A stretch of 50,729 nt of DNA from the IMG/VR virus record IMGVR_UViG_3300045988_108242, positions 1 through 50,729 of that record; one strand, 5' to 3'. The notes beneath the pieces were generated by a model. The model had not been told where the DNA came from. It ran no database searches and was given only the letters and a program-made list of their open reading frames with translations. Shown in pieces: positions 32,482 to 41,402 of this stretch (position 1 is its first letter; each line of letters begins with the position of its first letter). This stretch comes from a virus. The position numbers and the translations under genes were made by a program.

Positions 32482-33569
32482 TAGAAATTTTCCTCCTTTA
32501 GCTTCTGCATACTAGGATGTATAAAACCATAACAAGCTATACAGTATGCATCTGCTATATCATCGTTTATTTTACAACGTGTTTTGACTCCATTTATTTT
32601 TACATTAACTACACCCTTTGTTCCCCTACCTTTATATGGAATAACAATTTTTTTTAGCAGACCTTTTGTTTTAAGATATTGTATTGTAAGATATTTATTT
32701 GGATTTATTCCATAACTATTCTCCTGTGCTTTTGTTGTTCCAACTATTTGTGTTTTCCATGAATTTGTATTAACACTATACATCTTTATATTATACTGTG
32801 ATAATACATCATTTATGCTTGCCAACAATCCTGCTGTTGACATTATATAATTTTCACTTAAATGTCCTTGTGAAAATAACCTGATTCTTTCAACAATACA
32901 CTTTGTATTTCTTTTATCTAATCTATATTCTCTAACAATTCTATGTATTGTTTTTCTCATTTCTTTTCGTTTATCACTATTATTATAACAGTTTTTAAAA
33001 TCAACGCTTATAAATTCTATCGGAATTTTATCACACATTAAACAAATGCCTGTTCTGTTATAACTCTCGTCAATACCTAAAATATATAGTTCATCTGTTA
33101 CATATTTAAATATACAATTTTTATGATGTTTCTCTTCACCTCTACAGCAAGCTGCAACATGACCTTTATTAAAACCATCATAAACTGTGCTATTAACACT
33201 ATTATAGAATGTTCTCTTATGAGTTATCTCATTTTCACATATTAAATGCTTTTCCATAGAATAGCAGGTATTATTCCACGCCGTACACCATTCAAGATTA
33301 TTAACATTATTATTTTTTGGGTTTTCATCTATATGATTTACTGTATCATAAAAATATGGATTGTCTATAAACGTTTCTGCAACTAATCTATGTACTTGAT
33401 ATTTCTTTGTTTTTCCTTCTTTGCTCAACTTTACTAACAATCTTCCTTTTTTAGTTTCTTCCGGTTTCAATAATTTATTTTTTTTAATATTTCTTACATT
33501 TCCAAATGTACTAACATCATAAATACCTTCGTATCCTTTTATATCTTTCCATCTTTCATTTTCTACCAT
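32481..33569 (-). CDS. HNH homing endonuclease (NUMOD4 + HNH_3 + HTH) fused in frame to a RuvC-like Holliday junction resolvase
   Basis: 362 aa. Residues 1-165 (ERWKDIKGYEGIYDVSTFGNVRN...HRLVAETFIDNP...VNHIDENPKNNNVNNLEW) form a complete HNH_3-type endonuclease. From residue ~170 (YILGIDESYNRTG...IVERIR...NDDIADAYCIA) the sequence has the RuvC-fold D/E/D motifs. There is no stop and no ATG/GTG/TTG at the junction. Confidence 0.75.
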   Translation of the reverse strand: MVENERWKDIKGYEGIYDVSTFGNVRNIKKNKLLKPEETKKGRLLVKLSKEGKTKKYQVHRLVAETFIDNPYFYDTVNHIDENPKNNNVNNLEWCTAWNNTCYSMEKHLICENEITHKRTFYNSVNSTVYDGFNKGHVAACCRGEEKHHKNCIFKYVTDELYILGIDESYNRTGICLMCDKIPIEFISVDFKNCYNNSDKRKEMRKTIHRIVREYRLDKRNTKCIVERIRLFSQGHLSENYIMSTAGLLASINDVLSQYNIKMYSVNTNSWKTQIVGTTKAQENSYGINPNKYLTIQYLKTKGLLKKIVIPYKGRGTKGVVNVKINGVKTRCKINDDIADAYCIACYGFIHPSMQKLKEENF

Positions 33570-33573
33570 TGTT

Positions 33574-34350
33574 TTATCTCCTTCCTAAAATGTCTTGATT
33601 ATGAAAAAATCTTCTTAACGTCCATACTTCTGAAAACCACATTGGGGTAAACCAAATGCTTTCAATATCTTCTGGTAATACTGGCTCTGGTTTCGTTAGT
33701 GTATTTCCATGTATCACATATCCTGCAAGTCCATGTAAAGATAGCTGAACATAACACATATGTACACAAGTTATATCTATGTCCTGCCCTACAAACATTA
33801 CATGGTTTTGGTAGTTATATTTTTTGAACATACTTTTGCATATCTCACTTGCGCTTATAAGTGTTGCACCTGCACCACAAGTCGGGTCATATATACTTGT
33901 ATAGCCTTTTTTATGAACTGTTTTTCCTAATTGTTTACGTTCAATCAAAACATTTGCCATTGCTTCACATACACTATACGGTGTAAAGAACTGCCCTGCG
34001 TGTTTATTTGATATTTCAAGCTCCATAAACAAACTGCCTAATAAATCTTGGTTAGGATGTGATTCTAATTCTTCCATAAGTAATGCGAACATCTGTGGGA
34101 ATAGCTTTCGCTCTTTCTTTTCATAACTGTTTATAATCCGTAAATATTCTTTTTCTCGCCCCGTATATACGCTTTTAAAGGGTTCTTCTTTTGCTAATGG
34201 TAAAATACTTGTATTGGCTAATGTAATTGCAAATAAAGCCATACAATCACCCCACACGGTATAAGGAGATTTACTGTTGCATAACATTTTAAAACCATTC
34301 ATAAACCTTTTCTTATAATCACTGTTTATATCTTTTTTCACGTTCTTCAA
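33574..34350 (-). CDS. HsdM/N6-adenine methyltransferase-like SAM-binding protein lacking catalytic motif IV
   Basis: 258 aa with motif X (GQFFTPYSV), motif I (IYDPTCGAGATLI) and VGQDID...HGNTL. No (D/N/S)PP(Y/F/W) motif is present (there is no PP dipeptide at all). The start is uncertain: TTG 34350, GTG 34341 or ATG 34302. Confidence 0.6.
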   Translation of the reverse strand: MKNVKKDINSDYKKRFMNGFKMLCNSKSPYTVWGDCMALFAITLANTSILPLAKEEPFKSVYTGREKEYLRIINSYEKKERKLFPQMFALLMEELESHPNQDLLGSLFMELEISNKHAGQFFTPYSVCEAMANVLIERKQLGKTVHKKGYTSIYDPTCGAGATLISASEICKSMFKKYNYQNHVMFVGQDIDITCVHMCYVQLSLHGLAGYVIHGNTLTKPEPVLPEDIESIWFTPMWFSEVWTLRRFFHNQDILGRR

Positions 34351-34768
34351 TCCTTTTCTTATAATACCTTGCTGTTTGTTTTATTGCTTCAATTTGTTCT
34401 TGTGTTTGATATTCAATAACAATCTCTTTTATATGTTCAGAAAACCAATTCTGTTCTACCATATCGACATAAAAACCATTTTGAACATAAGTTGATGCAT
34501 TATATATTAAATATCTTCTTCCACATTTTGTTTGTATACTTCCACAATAAAAGCATTTTGTTTTATTAAGTGTAAAGCTTGTTCCAACTTTTATTCTATT
34601 GCAATCACTACAACCCATTTTTGTAAGTTCACTGTCTTTTCTAATACATCCAATAATATATTCCCTCCTGCTAGACATACATTTGTATTTGTAGCAATTT
34701 ACTATACTTTCTTCTATTTTTTCATTCTTGTTTAAATAACAACATTCTGCACAACTTATTTTCCTCAT
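34319..34768 (-). CDS. Hypothetical Cys-rich protein
   Basis: The track ORF 34319..34789 is trimmed to the ATG at 34768, which forms an ATGA overlap with the upstream stop. Confidence 0.55.
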   Translation of the reverse strand: MRKISCAECCYLNKNEKIEESIVNCYKYKCMSSRREYIIGCIRKDSELTKMGCSDCNRIKVGTSFTLNKTKCFYCGSIQTKCGRRYLIYNASTYVQNGFYVDMVEQNWFSEHIKEIVIEYQTQEQIEAIKQTARYYKKRIEEREKRYKQ

Positions 34769-35157
34769 GCTTTCAACCACTCCAAACATTTTTCTTTTGT
34801 TGTAAACACCGGGTATTTATCTATCTGTAATCCTCTATATCCAGTATCAATGTTTGCATTACTGCATAAGAACCTTGTTTTTGTTTCACTTAAATTATCC
34901 TTACCTAGCACCACTCTTTCTTTATCTAAGAAATAAAGTATTTTGTTTTTTCTTACAAGACATTCAAATACATTACAACGTATTATTATATTTTCTTTGC
35001 TTCCTTCTTTCTTACTCTTATAAACAAGAAAGACTTTTTGTTCTGGCTCTAATTCAAGGTACACTTTTTTCACTGTTTGCTTACACTCCTTTGTTTCACA
35101 TTCTAAACAATCTAAATATGTTACTTTTAATTTATATGCTTTACAATATTTAGACAT
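34765..35157 (-). CDS. Hypothetical protein
   Basis: 130 aa. Confidence 0.55.
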   Translation of the reverse strand: MSKYCKAYKLKVTYLDCLECETKECKQTVKKVYLELEPEQKVFLVYKSKKEGSKENIIIRCNVFECLVRKNKILYFLDKERVVLGKDNLSETKTRFLCSNANIDTGYRGLQIDKYPVFTTKEKCLEWLKA

Positions 35158-35160
35158 TTA

Positions 35161-35343
35161 TTATATAACCTTTCCTATTTTTGCATAACACCTGTCAATG
35201 AATCGTTTTTCTCTCTCATTGATTTCATAAACAACCTTTGTATGTGATTTATCAATTCTTTGTTTCTCCACAATTTTATCAACTGGTGTCATTCTCATTC
35301 TTGAACCTAACTGATAGTTGTTAATAATATACATTACTTTCAT
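35161..35343 (-). CDS. Hypothetical small protein
   Basis: The track ORF starts at a GTG (35361). The ATG at 35343 lies 9 nt after GGAG. Confidence 0.55.
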   Translation of the reverse strand: MKVMYIINNYQLGSRMRMTPVDKIVEKQRIDKSHTKVVYEINEREKRFIDRCYAKIGKVI

Positions 35344-35386
35344 TATTTTGTTCTCCTTCACACTTTGTTCTCTTGTTTATGTCTAT

Positions 35387-35420
35387 ATAATAACATAGAG
35401 GTTGAACAAAGTCAACCTCT
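35387..35420 (-). promoter_or_regulatory. Sigma-A-type promoter (TTGACT-17-TGTTATTAT) with the -35 inside a 9-bp perfect hairpin
   Basis: -35 at 35415..35410, -10 at 35392..35387. Inverted repeat AGAGGTTGA/TCAACCTCT at 35397..35405 / 35412..35420. Confidence 0.65.
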
Positions 35421-35424
35421 AATT

Positions 35425-35556
35425 TTACTTTTTCTTTAATTCTTCTTTTATTGTTCTAATTAGTGTCGGTACAAATACACTTAATGCCGCTATGCATCCT
35501 AACAGAAGTACACATAATACCATAAAGGACAAAAGATTTAGAACCATTTCTACCAT
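35425..35556 (-). CDS. Small hydrophobic membrane peptide (43 aa, below the track cut-off)
   Basis: Hand-translated as MVEMVLNLLSFMVLCVLLLGCIAALSVFVPTLIRTIKEELKKK: one TM segment with a basic tail. The SD is weak (GGGTGA). Confidence 0.4.
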   Translation of the reverse strand: MVEMVLNLLSFMVLCVLLLGCIAALSVFVPTLIRTIKEELKKK

Positions 35557-35572
35557 AAAAATCACCCACATA

Positions 35573-35797
35573 TTACACCTTCACAAACTTTTCATTTTTC
35601 CATCTCACAACTGTATCAAAATCATAACTTGCATAACCTATATTATAATCTTTTGCTCCTACCTCTTTGTATAATAACGCAAAATAAGGTTTTTCCTTCG
35701 TACTAATAAGTTCGTCTACAACAATACAAATCGTCTCTACATGTATTTTTGGTTTATCTTCTATTTTGTGTCTTTTTGTCATTTCATAATCAGCCAT
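35573..35797 (-). CDS. Hypothetical protein
   Basis: 74 aa, with a TAATG overlap with the nuclease gene. Confidence 0.55.
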   Translation of the reverse strand: MADYEMTKRHKIEDKPKIHVETICIVVDELISTKEKPYFALLYKEVGAKDYNIGYASYDFDTVVRWKNEKFVKV

Positions 35798-36648
35798 TAT
35801 ATTCGCTCCTTTGACTTACCATAACATACTTCTCGCATCGGACAACCCTGTGCCATTTTGCAACCATAACCAATACATTTACTGTGACGTGCTACCATTT
35901 TATGTTTGTTTATAAGCCTTTCCTTACATTCCTGTATTTGTTCCAACCTTCGTATATATGGTGCTATCTCACTTGGGTTATATTCATATTTATACACCTT
36001 AAATTCCTGTGTGTTTTTATCATCACATAGAACGATACCTTTATGAATCCCTGTTAGGTACATATATAACTGGCACTGTTTTCTACCACTTGCATGATAC
36101 TTTTGTTTTTTAAATGTAAATGTATTAACGCTTTTTATTTCTACAATGTAATCGTCCTTTGGTACACTATCATCATATACCCCTGTAAGCTTCATATTAC
36201 GTGGTAAATGGCAAATTATATCAGGGGTATAAGATAAATCATATTCCTCTGCAAAACGGCTATAATCACATTCTAGCGGCTTACATAATCCACCACGTAT
36301 AAATAACCTTTGCCACTTCTCATGTATTGCATCACCCTCAGAAAAGATACGCTTCAATCCTACTGGTGTTTGCTCTCCTTGCAACTGTTTATAATATAAG
36401 CTTAATAACTGTTGTCTGTAACAAAACTTATCATCTGACACAATAACTGCACTTGCATGTAAGCCTTTTCTTTCCTGTGTTTCTGCGCCCCTTGTCATAA
36501 CAGACTTTAGAAATTTGAGTTCTTCTGGAATATTTTTGTCTAAGTAAAAAAGGTTGTTTAATAACTCTTCAATGTCACGTTCTTCTGACGTTTGTAACTT
36601 TGTTCCCGTTTGTATCGCATCTTTCTTTATATCTTCTAAGATTCCCAT
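35797..36648 (-). CDS. Cas4/RecB-family PD-(D/E)xK exonuclease with Cys cluster
   Basis: 283 aa. Features: an N-terminal Cys (KFCYRQ), D...EIK (YTPDIICH...YIVEIKSVN), the QxxxY motif (QCQLYMY) and C-terminal Cys residues (CIGYGCKMAQGCPMREVC), consistent with an Fe-S Cas4-like nuclease. Confidence 0.7.
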   Translation of the reverse strand: MGILEDIKKDAIQTGTKLQTSEERDIEELLNNLFYLDKNIPEELKFLKSVMTRGAETQERKGLHASAVIVSDDKFCYRQQLLSLYYKQLQGEQTPVGLKRIFSEGDAIHEKWQRLFIRGGLCKPLECDYSRFAEEYDLSYTPDIICHLPRNMKLTGVYDDSVPKDDYIVEIKSVNTFTFKKQKYHASGRKQCQLYMYLTGIHKGIVLCDDKNTQEFKVYKYEYNPSEIAPYIRRLEQIQECKERLINKHKMVARHSKCIGYGCKMAQGCPMREVCYGKSKERI

Positions 36649-36821
36649 TTTGTTCCACCTTCTTCCTGTTCTACTATATGTATCGAGATAATGTCTTTTT
36701 CTTCATGTCCAGTATCACAAAACCTTTTTATACATTCCTGTTTATTTAATGCATAACAGAAAAATCTATGTTCTGTGATACTTTCTATTTTTCGTTTAAA
36801 AACAATACAATAAAATATCAC
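36636..36821 (-). CDS. Hypothetical small protein
   Basis: 61 aa, with a GTG start in a GTGA overlap with the recA-like stop. Confidence 0.45.
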   Translation of the reverse strand: MIFYCIVFKRKIESITEHRFFCYALNKQECIKRFCDTGHEEKDIISIHIVEQEEGGTKWES

Positions 36822-37741
36822 TGTAGCATTTCCTTATATAACTTTTTATGTTCTTCCATTATCTCTTTTCTTACAATATCAAGGTCTGCAAAATCAACAA
36901 AACCACGTTCATAGAAAAGTGGGATTTCACAGCTTTGCATTGGTGGCGATACTTTGCTTTTTACAACCTTTACTTTCATAATCATTCCGATACGTTCTTT
37001 TGTTTCGGTGTTAAACGGATTATGGTTTGGTATCTCAATATAACCTTTCCTTGCTACCTGTATTCTCAATGAACAACTATGTTTTAACTTATGTCCTCCC
37101 GGTGTTTGTATATTATCTCCAAAAGGTAACGCGTTCATTTTATCACGTATCTGGTTGATAAATATAACTGTTGTTCCTGTTTGTTCAATAACGTCCTCTA
37201 ATGTTGGTAAATACTTATCCATAAGCCTTGCTACACCACCAATACGCATTTCCTGTTCGCTGTCTGTATTTACTGCTTTTCTGATTTTTTCAATATCATC
37301 TTTCGGCTGTAATGATGGTACACTATCAATCACGATAAGCGGTATTCCTTCTTCTGCAAAACGTATTGCCCTGTTAAAAGCTTTCTCACCATACTGTGCA
37401 TTGTATATAAGCATTTGTTTTGGTCTGTTTCCAAAAAGCTTTGCACGTTCACTGTCAAAAGTTCGTTCAATCGGAATGTTAAGACACATTTCATGCTGGG
37501 CGCATAGCTGATATGCTAGTGTTGTTTTTCCTGCACCTTCTGCACCAAATATCTCTATCGTTCTTCCACATGGTACACCACCACCAATGATATTATCCAA
37601 ATCTACAAGTCCCGTACTCCACCTAGGGATTTCTAGGTTTTTACTTTTACTTCCTAAACTGTAAACACTTCCGCTTTCCTTTTTGTCTATCTCATTACAT
37701 AACCGGAGAATACCTTCTTTGTTAAATCCTTTACTCTTCAT
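36818..37741 (-). CDS. recA: RecA-family recombinase
   Basis: 307 aa with Walker A (FGAEGAGKTTL), IVIDSVPSL, VIFINQIRDK and KVKVVKSKVSPP, collinear with bacterial RecA core motifs. Confidence 0.85.
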   Translation of the reverse strand: MKSKGFNKEGILRLCNEIDKKESGSVYSLGSKSKNLEIPRWSTGLVDLDNIIGGGVPCGRTIEIFGAEGAGKTTLAYQLCAQHEMCLNIPIERTFDSERAKLFGNRPKQMLIYNAQYGEKAFNRAIRFAEEGIPLIVIDSVPSLQPKDDIEKIRKAVNTDSEQEMRIGGVARLMDKYLPTLEDVIEQTGTTVIFINQIRDKMNALPFGDNIQTPGGHKLKHSCSLRIQVARKGYIEIPNHNPFNTETKERIGMIMKVKVVKSKVSPPMQSCEIPLFYERGFVDFADLDIVRKEIMEEHKKLYKEMLQ

Positions 37742-38369
37742 TTACTGTATCCCCTCCTAACGCCGTATTTGCCATTTTAAGCCACTTTCTAAGAGTTATG
37801 CATACATTTACATACCTGCTAGAAATTTGTTCTGAATAAGGCTTATTATCGCTCTCTTCTAACAATTCATCAAACTTGTTTAAATACCATTCTGCTTTGT
37901 TTAAATCTTCTTTCCCGTTCTTGTTTTTATATCTCCATAAATATTTATATGCATTTATCACACAATACTTTGCTAAATCCTTTATCCCAAATGTTGCTTG
38001 CATTGCATCTATACATTCAATGGAACAACTGTTTGCATAATGTTTTGGGTGGTTTACATTGTCTGTATTATATTTTTCTGTTATTGCTTTTACTTTCTTA
38101 TATTCTTTTTCTCTCTTATCTTCTTGTGTCTGTTCATATGTTCTTGCCATTTCTGCCGCCTTCTCCATTCGTTTATTATATTCATCTAAGAAATATTCAT
38201 ATTTGACACACCCTATATCATCATTTAACACTTTTTTCATCGTATCATTTGTACATTGTAATTCTACTGCTATAATTTCATTTCCTTTTCTTAATGCCAC
38301 TTCTTTACAATATCTACAACTTTTACATCTTGTATAGCCTTTTTCATATTTTGTTTCCATATTTATCAC
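37731..38369 (-). CDS. DUF3310 (SaV-like) domain protein with an N-terminal Cys-rich region
   Basis: 212 aa. The pattern HPKHYANSCSIECIDAM...NAYKYLWRYKNKNGKEDLNKAEWYL fits the DUF3310 pattern. Confidence 0.55.
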   Translation of the reverse strand: MINMETKYEKGYTRCKSCRYCKEVALRKGNEIIAVELQCTNDTMKKVLNDDIGCVKYEYFLDEYNKRMEKAAEMARTYEQTQEDKREKEYKKVKAITEKYNTDNVNHPKHYANSCSIECIDAMQATFGIKDLAKYCVINAYKYLWRYKNKNGKEDLNKAEWYLNKFDELLEESDNKPYSEQISSRYVNVCITLRKWLKMANTALGGDTVNEE

Positions 38370-41092
38370 CTCGCCATTAAACTGCTGTTATATTTAACAA
38401 CTCTTGATAGATACCGCTTTTTGTCAAACTCAAGCGCACCCTGTTCTTTTAAAATATCAATAACTCTACTTGTTACTGCTCTACCTTTACAACGGTCATA
38501 AAAATCATCATAGTTTTTAAATGCTCCTTTTTTACGTTCGTGTTCTATTGCTTCTGCCGCCTTTTCTCCTACACCTTTTATAGTGCTTATTCCTTGCTGT
38601 ATTACATTTTCTCCGTCATATGTTCTAAGACTTGTTAATGCACTATAATTTACATGTGGTAACATTACTACAACTCCGTCCTTTACAGCACATTCAGAAT
38701 ACTTGTATACTTCTGAATCATTCTGTGCGAACTTAACTTTTGTAAACCAAAACTCTGTTGGATAGTAAACCTTGTACCACATCTGGTCTATAGGGATAAG
38801 CGCATATGCGGTTGAATGTCCTTTGTTAAAACCATAGATTAGCATACTCGCCCATAAGCTATCGGTTGCTTCTTTGCTCATTCCTTCCTTTTTACAACCA
38901 TTATAAAAGTCTTTTCGCATCTGTTCAATAACTGGTATATATTCTGGTTTATGTAAGTTTTCTTCTTTCTTCATAATCTTTAACATATCAAAACTCTGTT
39001 GTGCTGTTAAATGTCCTACTTTTTGTGCTACTTCAACTGTTTGCTCCTGATATAGCATCGTGCCATATGTTTCTTTTGTATATTTGTAATATGGTGTACT
39101 TGTATCAATCTTTCCAGACATTTTGTTTTTTGCAAACTGTTCATGCATTTTTAACTGTAATGGTGCAGGACGATTTAAAGCATTTACCGCAATAATATCT
39201 TCCACGCAATCTGCATGGATTGTTCTAAGAATCTTTTTTGGTGTGCTTTTTTCAAACTGGAAAATTCCTTCTGTTTTTTCATCTCTGAAATTCTTTAAAA
39301 CTTTACTATCATTTTCTTCCTCTTCTGTTACTTTATGACCTGTAAGCTGTTCTAACTCTTTTAATTCTCCCATAGTGGAAAGACCTAACATATCAAATTT
39401 TGTGCAATTGATATGTTCCAAATCATCTTTATCAAAACAACTACTTAACGCTCCTGTTTTTCTGTCACGCATTATGATACAAGTATAATCACTTATATCT
39501 GTTCCGACTACTGCTACTCCTGCGGCGTGTTTTCCTAGATATCTTATCTTTCCATACATCTTGCAGAAATGCTTTATAATGTTGTCGTACTGTTCATTAT
39601 ACTCTTTTGTTTGTTCTGTTTTTTTAAGTTGCTGTAAATCAAGCTCTCCATCATGTTCAAATGTTTTTATAAAACTCTTAATTTCTGCAACTTTCTTTTT
39701 GTTTTCACTTGCTTCATAATAATCTACTTCTTTAGTTGTTTTCAAACCACATACGCCTGCAAGGTCATTTATAAGGTTATCAACTCCATACATACCATAG
39801 GAACATATCTGTATAGCTTTGTTTGGATATTTTTTTATAACATAATCAATAACTTCTTGCCTGCGTGGTGTTTCAAAATCGCTGTCCACATCAGGGAGAG
39901 CTTTCTTTTCCTTTCTCATAAATCGGCTAAAGTCAAGTTTATACTTAATACTGTCTACATCAGTGATTCCTACCGCATATGCTACCAAACAATTGCAAGC
40001 AGAGCCTCTTCCTTTTCCTACTGCAATTCCTTGTTCTTTTGCCCAATTGATATAATCACGGACTATCAAGAAATAATCAGCAAAACCATGATAATTTATA
40101 ACTTCCAATTCTTCTTTACATCTGTTTATATATTCTTTTGTATATTTTCCTCTATCTTTTAGACCTTGTTTCGTAAGTTGTAAAAGCTCTTTCTTTCCAT
40201 TTTCTGTTTTTGGTAATTCAAGCTTCAAGCCATCAAGAATGCTGTCCTCAACCTTGCTATAAATTTCTTTCATATTGTCTACAAACATTTCTGCGACTTG
40301 CATACTGTTTTTAAATTTCTTTTTATACATCTTTGCAAATCTTTCTGTTATCTCATATTCACTTGGCATATAGCGTTCTCCATATGTGTTCTTTACATCA
40401 AGTGTTGTTTTCCCTATTTCATGCATTTTACAATATGTATCAAAATCCTCTTTTCTACCAAAATGGCTATCACTTGTTAGAATACATTTTATCTTTCTTT
40501 CTCTTGCTAAATGCATCAATGTATAATCTACTTTCTGTTGCGTATATTTGTTATCTATCTTATAAGGCTGTATTTCAACGTATAAATCATTTTTAAACAT
40601 GGACTTAAATTTATCCAGTAATTTTCCTGCCATTGCTGTATGACCGTTTAAAATAGCTTGTGAAGTTGCTGATGCAATGCAAGCTGTGGTACATATCAAT
40701 CCATCGTGGTACTGTTCCAACAATTTGAAATCTACAATCGGTTTATAATGGAATTGCTCTGTATTCGCTTTTGTCATAATGTGACATAAATTTTTGTACC
40801 CTTGCAAATTCTTTACGAACAAATTTAAATGGTAGTACCTTTTACTTTGCTCATTCTTTTTGTTATAATCTGGTAAGAAATACACTTCGCAACCCATCAC
40901 TGGTTTAATTCCAACTTCATTACACGCTTGGTAATGTTTAATCAATCCACTGATACTTCCATGGTCGCTGATTCCTAGTGCTTTATAACCTAATTCTTTT
41001 GCTATGTTTGCTAAATCTTTTGGATTTCCAAATCCATCGAATAGGCTGTATTCTGTATGCCTGTGCAAATCAAAAAAATTACCCATATTCAA
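38366..41092 (-). CDS. dnaE: DNA polymerase III alpha subunit (DnaE-type, short form) with N-terminal PHP domain
   Basis: 908 aa. The PHP motif is FDLHRHTEYSLFDGFG...GISDHGS, followed by the palm, fingers and HhH region (GVGEKAAEAI). It is shorter than cellular DnaE, and no C-terminal OB/tau-binding part is apparent. Confidence 0.9.
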   Translation of the reverse strand: MNMGNFFDLHRHTEYSLFDGFGNPKDLANIAKELGYKALGISDHGSISGLIKHYQACNEVGIKPVMGCEVYFLPDYNKKNEQSKRYYHLNLFVKNLQGYKNLCHIMTKANTEQFHYKPIVDFKLLEQYHDGLICTTACIASATSQAILNGHTAMAGKLLDKFKSMFKNDLYVEIQPYKIDNKYTQQKVDYTLMHLARERKIKCILTSDSHFGRKEDFDTYCKMHEIGKTTLDVKNTYGERYMPSEYEITERFAKMYKKKFKNSMQVAEMFVDNMKEIYSKVEDSILDGLKLELPKTENGKKELLQLTKQGLKDRGKYTKEYINRCKEELEVINYHGFADYFLIVRDYINWAKEQGIAVGKGRGSACNCLVAYAVGITDVDSIKYKLDFSRFMRKEKKALPDVDSDFETPRRQEVIDYVIKKYPNKAIQICSYGMYGVDNLINDLAGVCGLKTTKEVDYYEASENKKKVAEIKSFIKTFEHDGELDLQQLKKTEQTKEYNEQYDNIIKHFCKMYGKIRYLGKHAAGVAVVGTDISDYTCIIMRDRKTGALSSCFDKDDLEHINCTKFDMLGLSTMGELKELEQLTGHKVTEEEENDSKVLKNFRDEKTEGIFQFEKSTPKKILRTIHADCVEDIIAVNALNRPAPLQLKMHEQFAKNKMSGKIDTSTPYYKYTKETYGTMLYQEQTVEVAQKVGHLTAQQSFDMLKIMKKEENLHKPEYIPVIEQMRKDFYNGCKKEGMSKEATDSLWASMLIYGFNKGHSTAYALIPIDQMWYKVYYPTEFWFTKVKFAQNDSEVYKYSECAVKDGVVVMLPHVNYSALTSLRTYDGENVIQQGISTIKGVGEKAAEAIEHERKKGAFKNYDDFYDRCKGRAVTSRVIDILKEQGALEFDKKRYLSRVVKYNSSLMAR

Positions 41093-41125
41093 TTTCCTTT
41101 CCTTTTGTTTTCCCTTTTCACTTAT

Positions 41126-41158
41126 ATTATAACAAAAGGCTTGAACTATGTCAAGCCT
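41126..41158 (-). promoter_or_regulatory. Sigma-A-type promoter (TTGACA-17-TGTTATAAT) with the -35 inside an 8-bp perfect hairpin, upstream of dnaE
   Basis: -35 at 41154..41149, -10 at 41131..41126. Inverted repeat AGGCTTGA/TCAAGCCT at 41137..41144 / 41151..41158. Confidence 0.7.
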
Positions 41159-41173
41159 AAATTATTCTTTATT

Positions 41174-41398
41174 CTATTGTTTCTTTTCATTTCTTGTATT
41201 TTGCAATTTGTTTTCCAATTTATCAAGTCGAATAAGAATCTTGTCAAGTTCCATGTGTACTCTATCTACATTGTCATACATATTACGACTAACAGAATCA
41301 AGATTATTTTGTACTGAACATTTTTCGTATGCTTCTTTTGCACCACGTTTCTTTGCTTTCTTAATTTGCCTTTCAAATTCTTTTCTTGTTATAAACAT
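41174..41398 (-). CDS. Hypothetical coiled-coil protein
   Basis: 74 aa. Confidence 0.55.
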   Translation of the reverse strand: MFITRKEFERQIKKAKKRGAKEAYEKCSVQNNLDSVSRNMYDNVDRVHMELDKILIRLDKLENKLQNTRNEKKQ

Positions 41399-41402
41399 TT
41401 AT

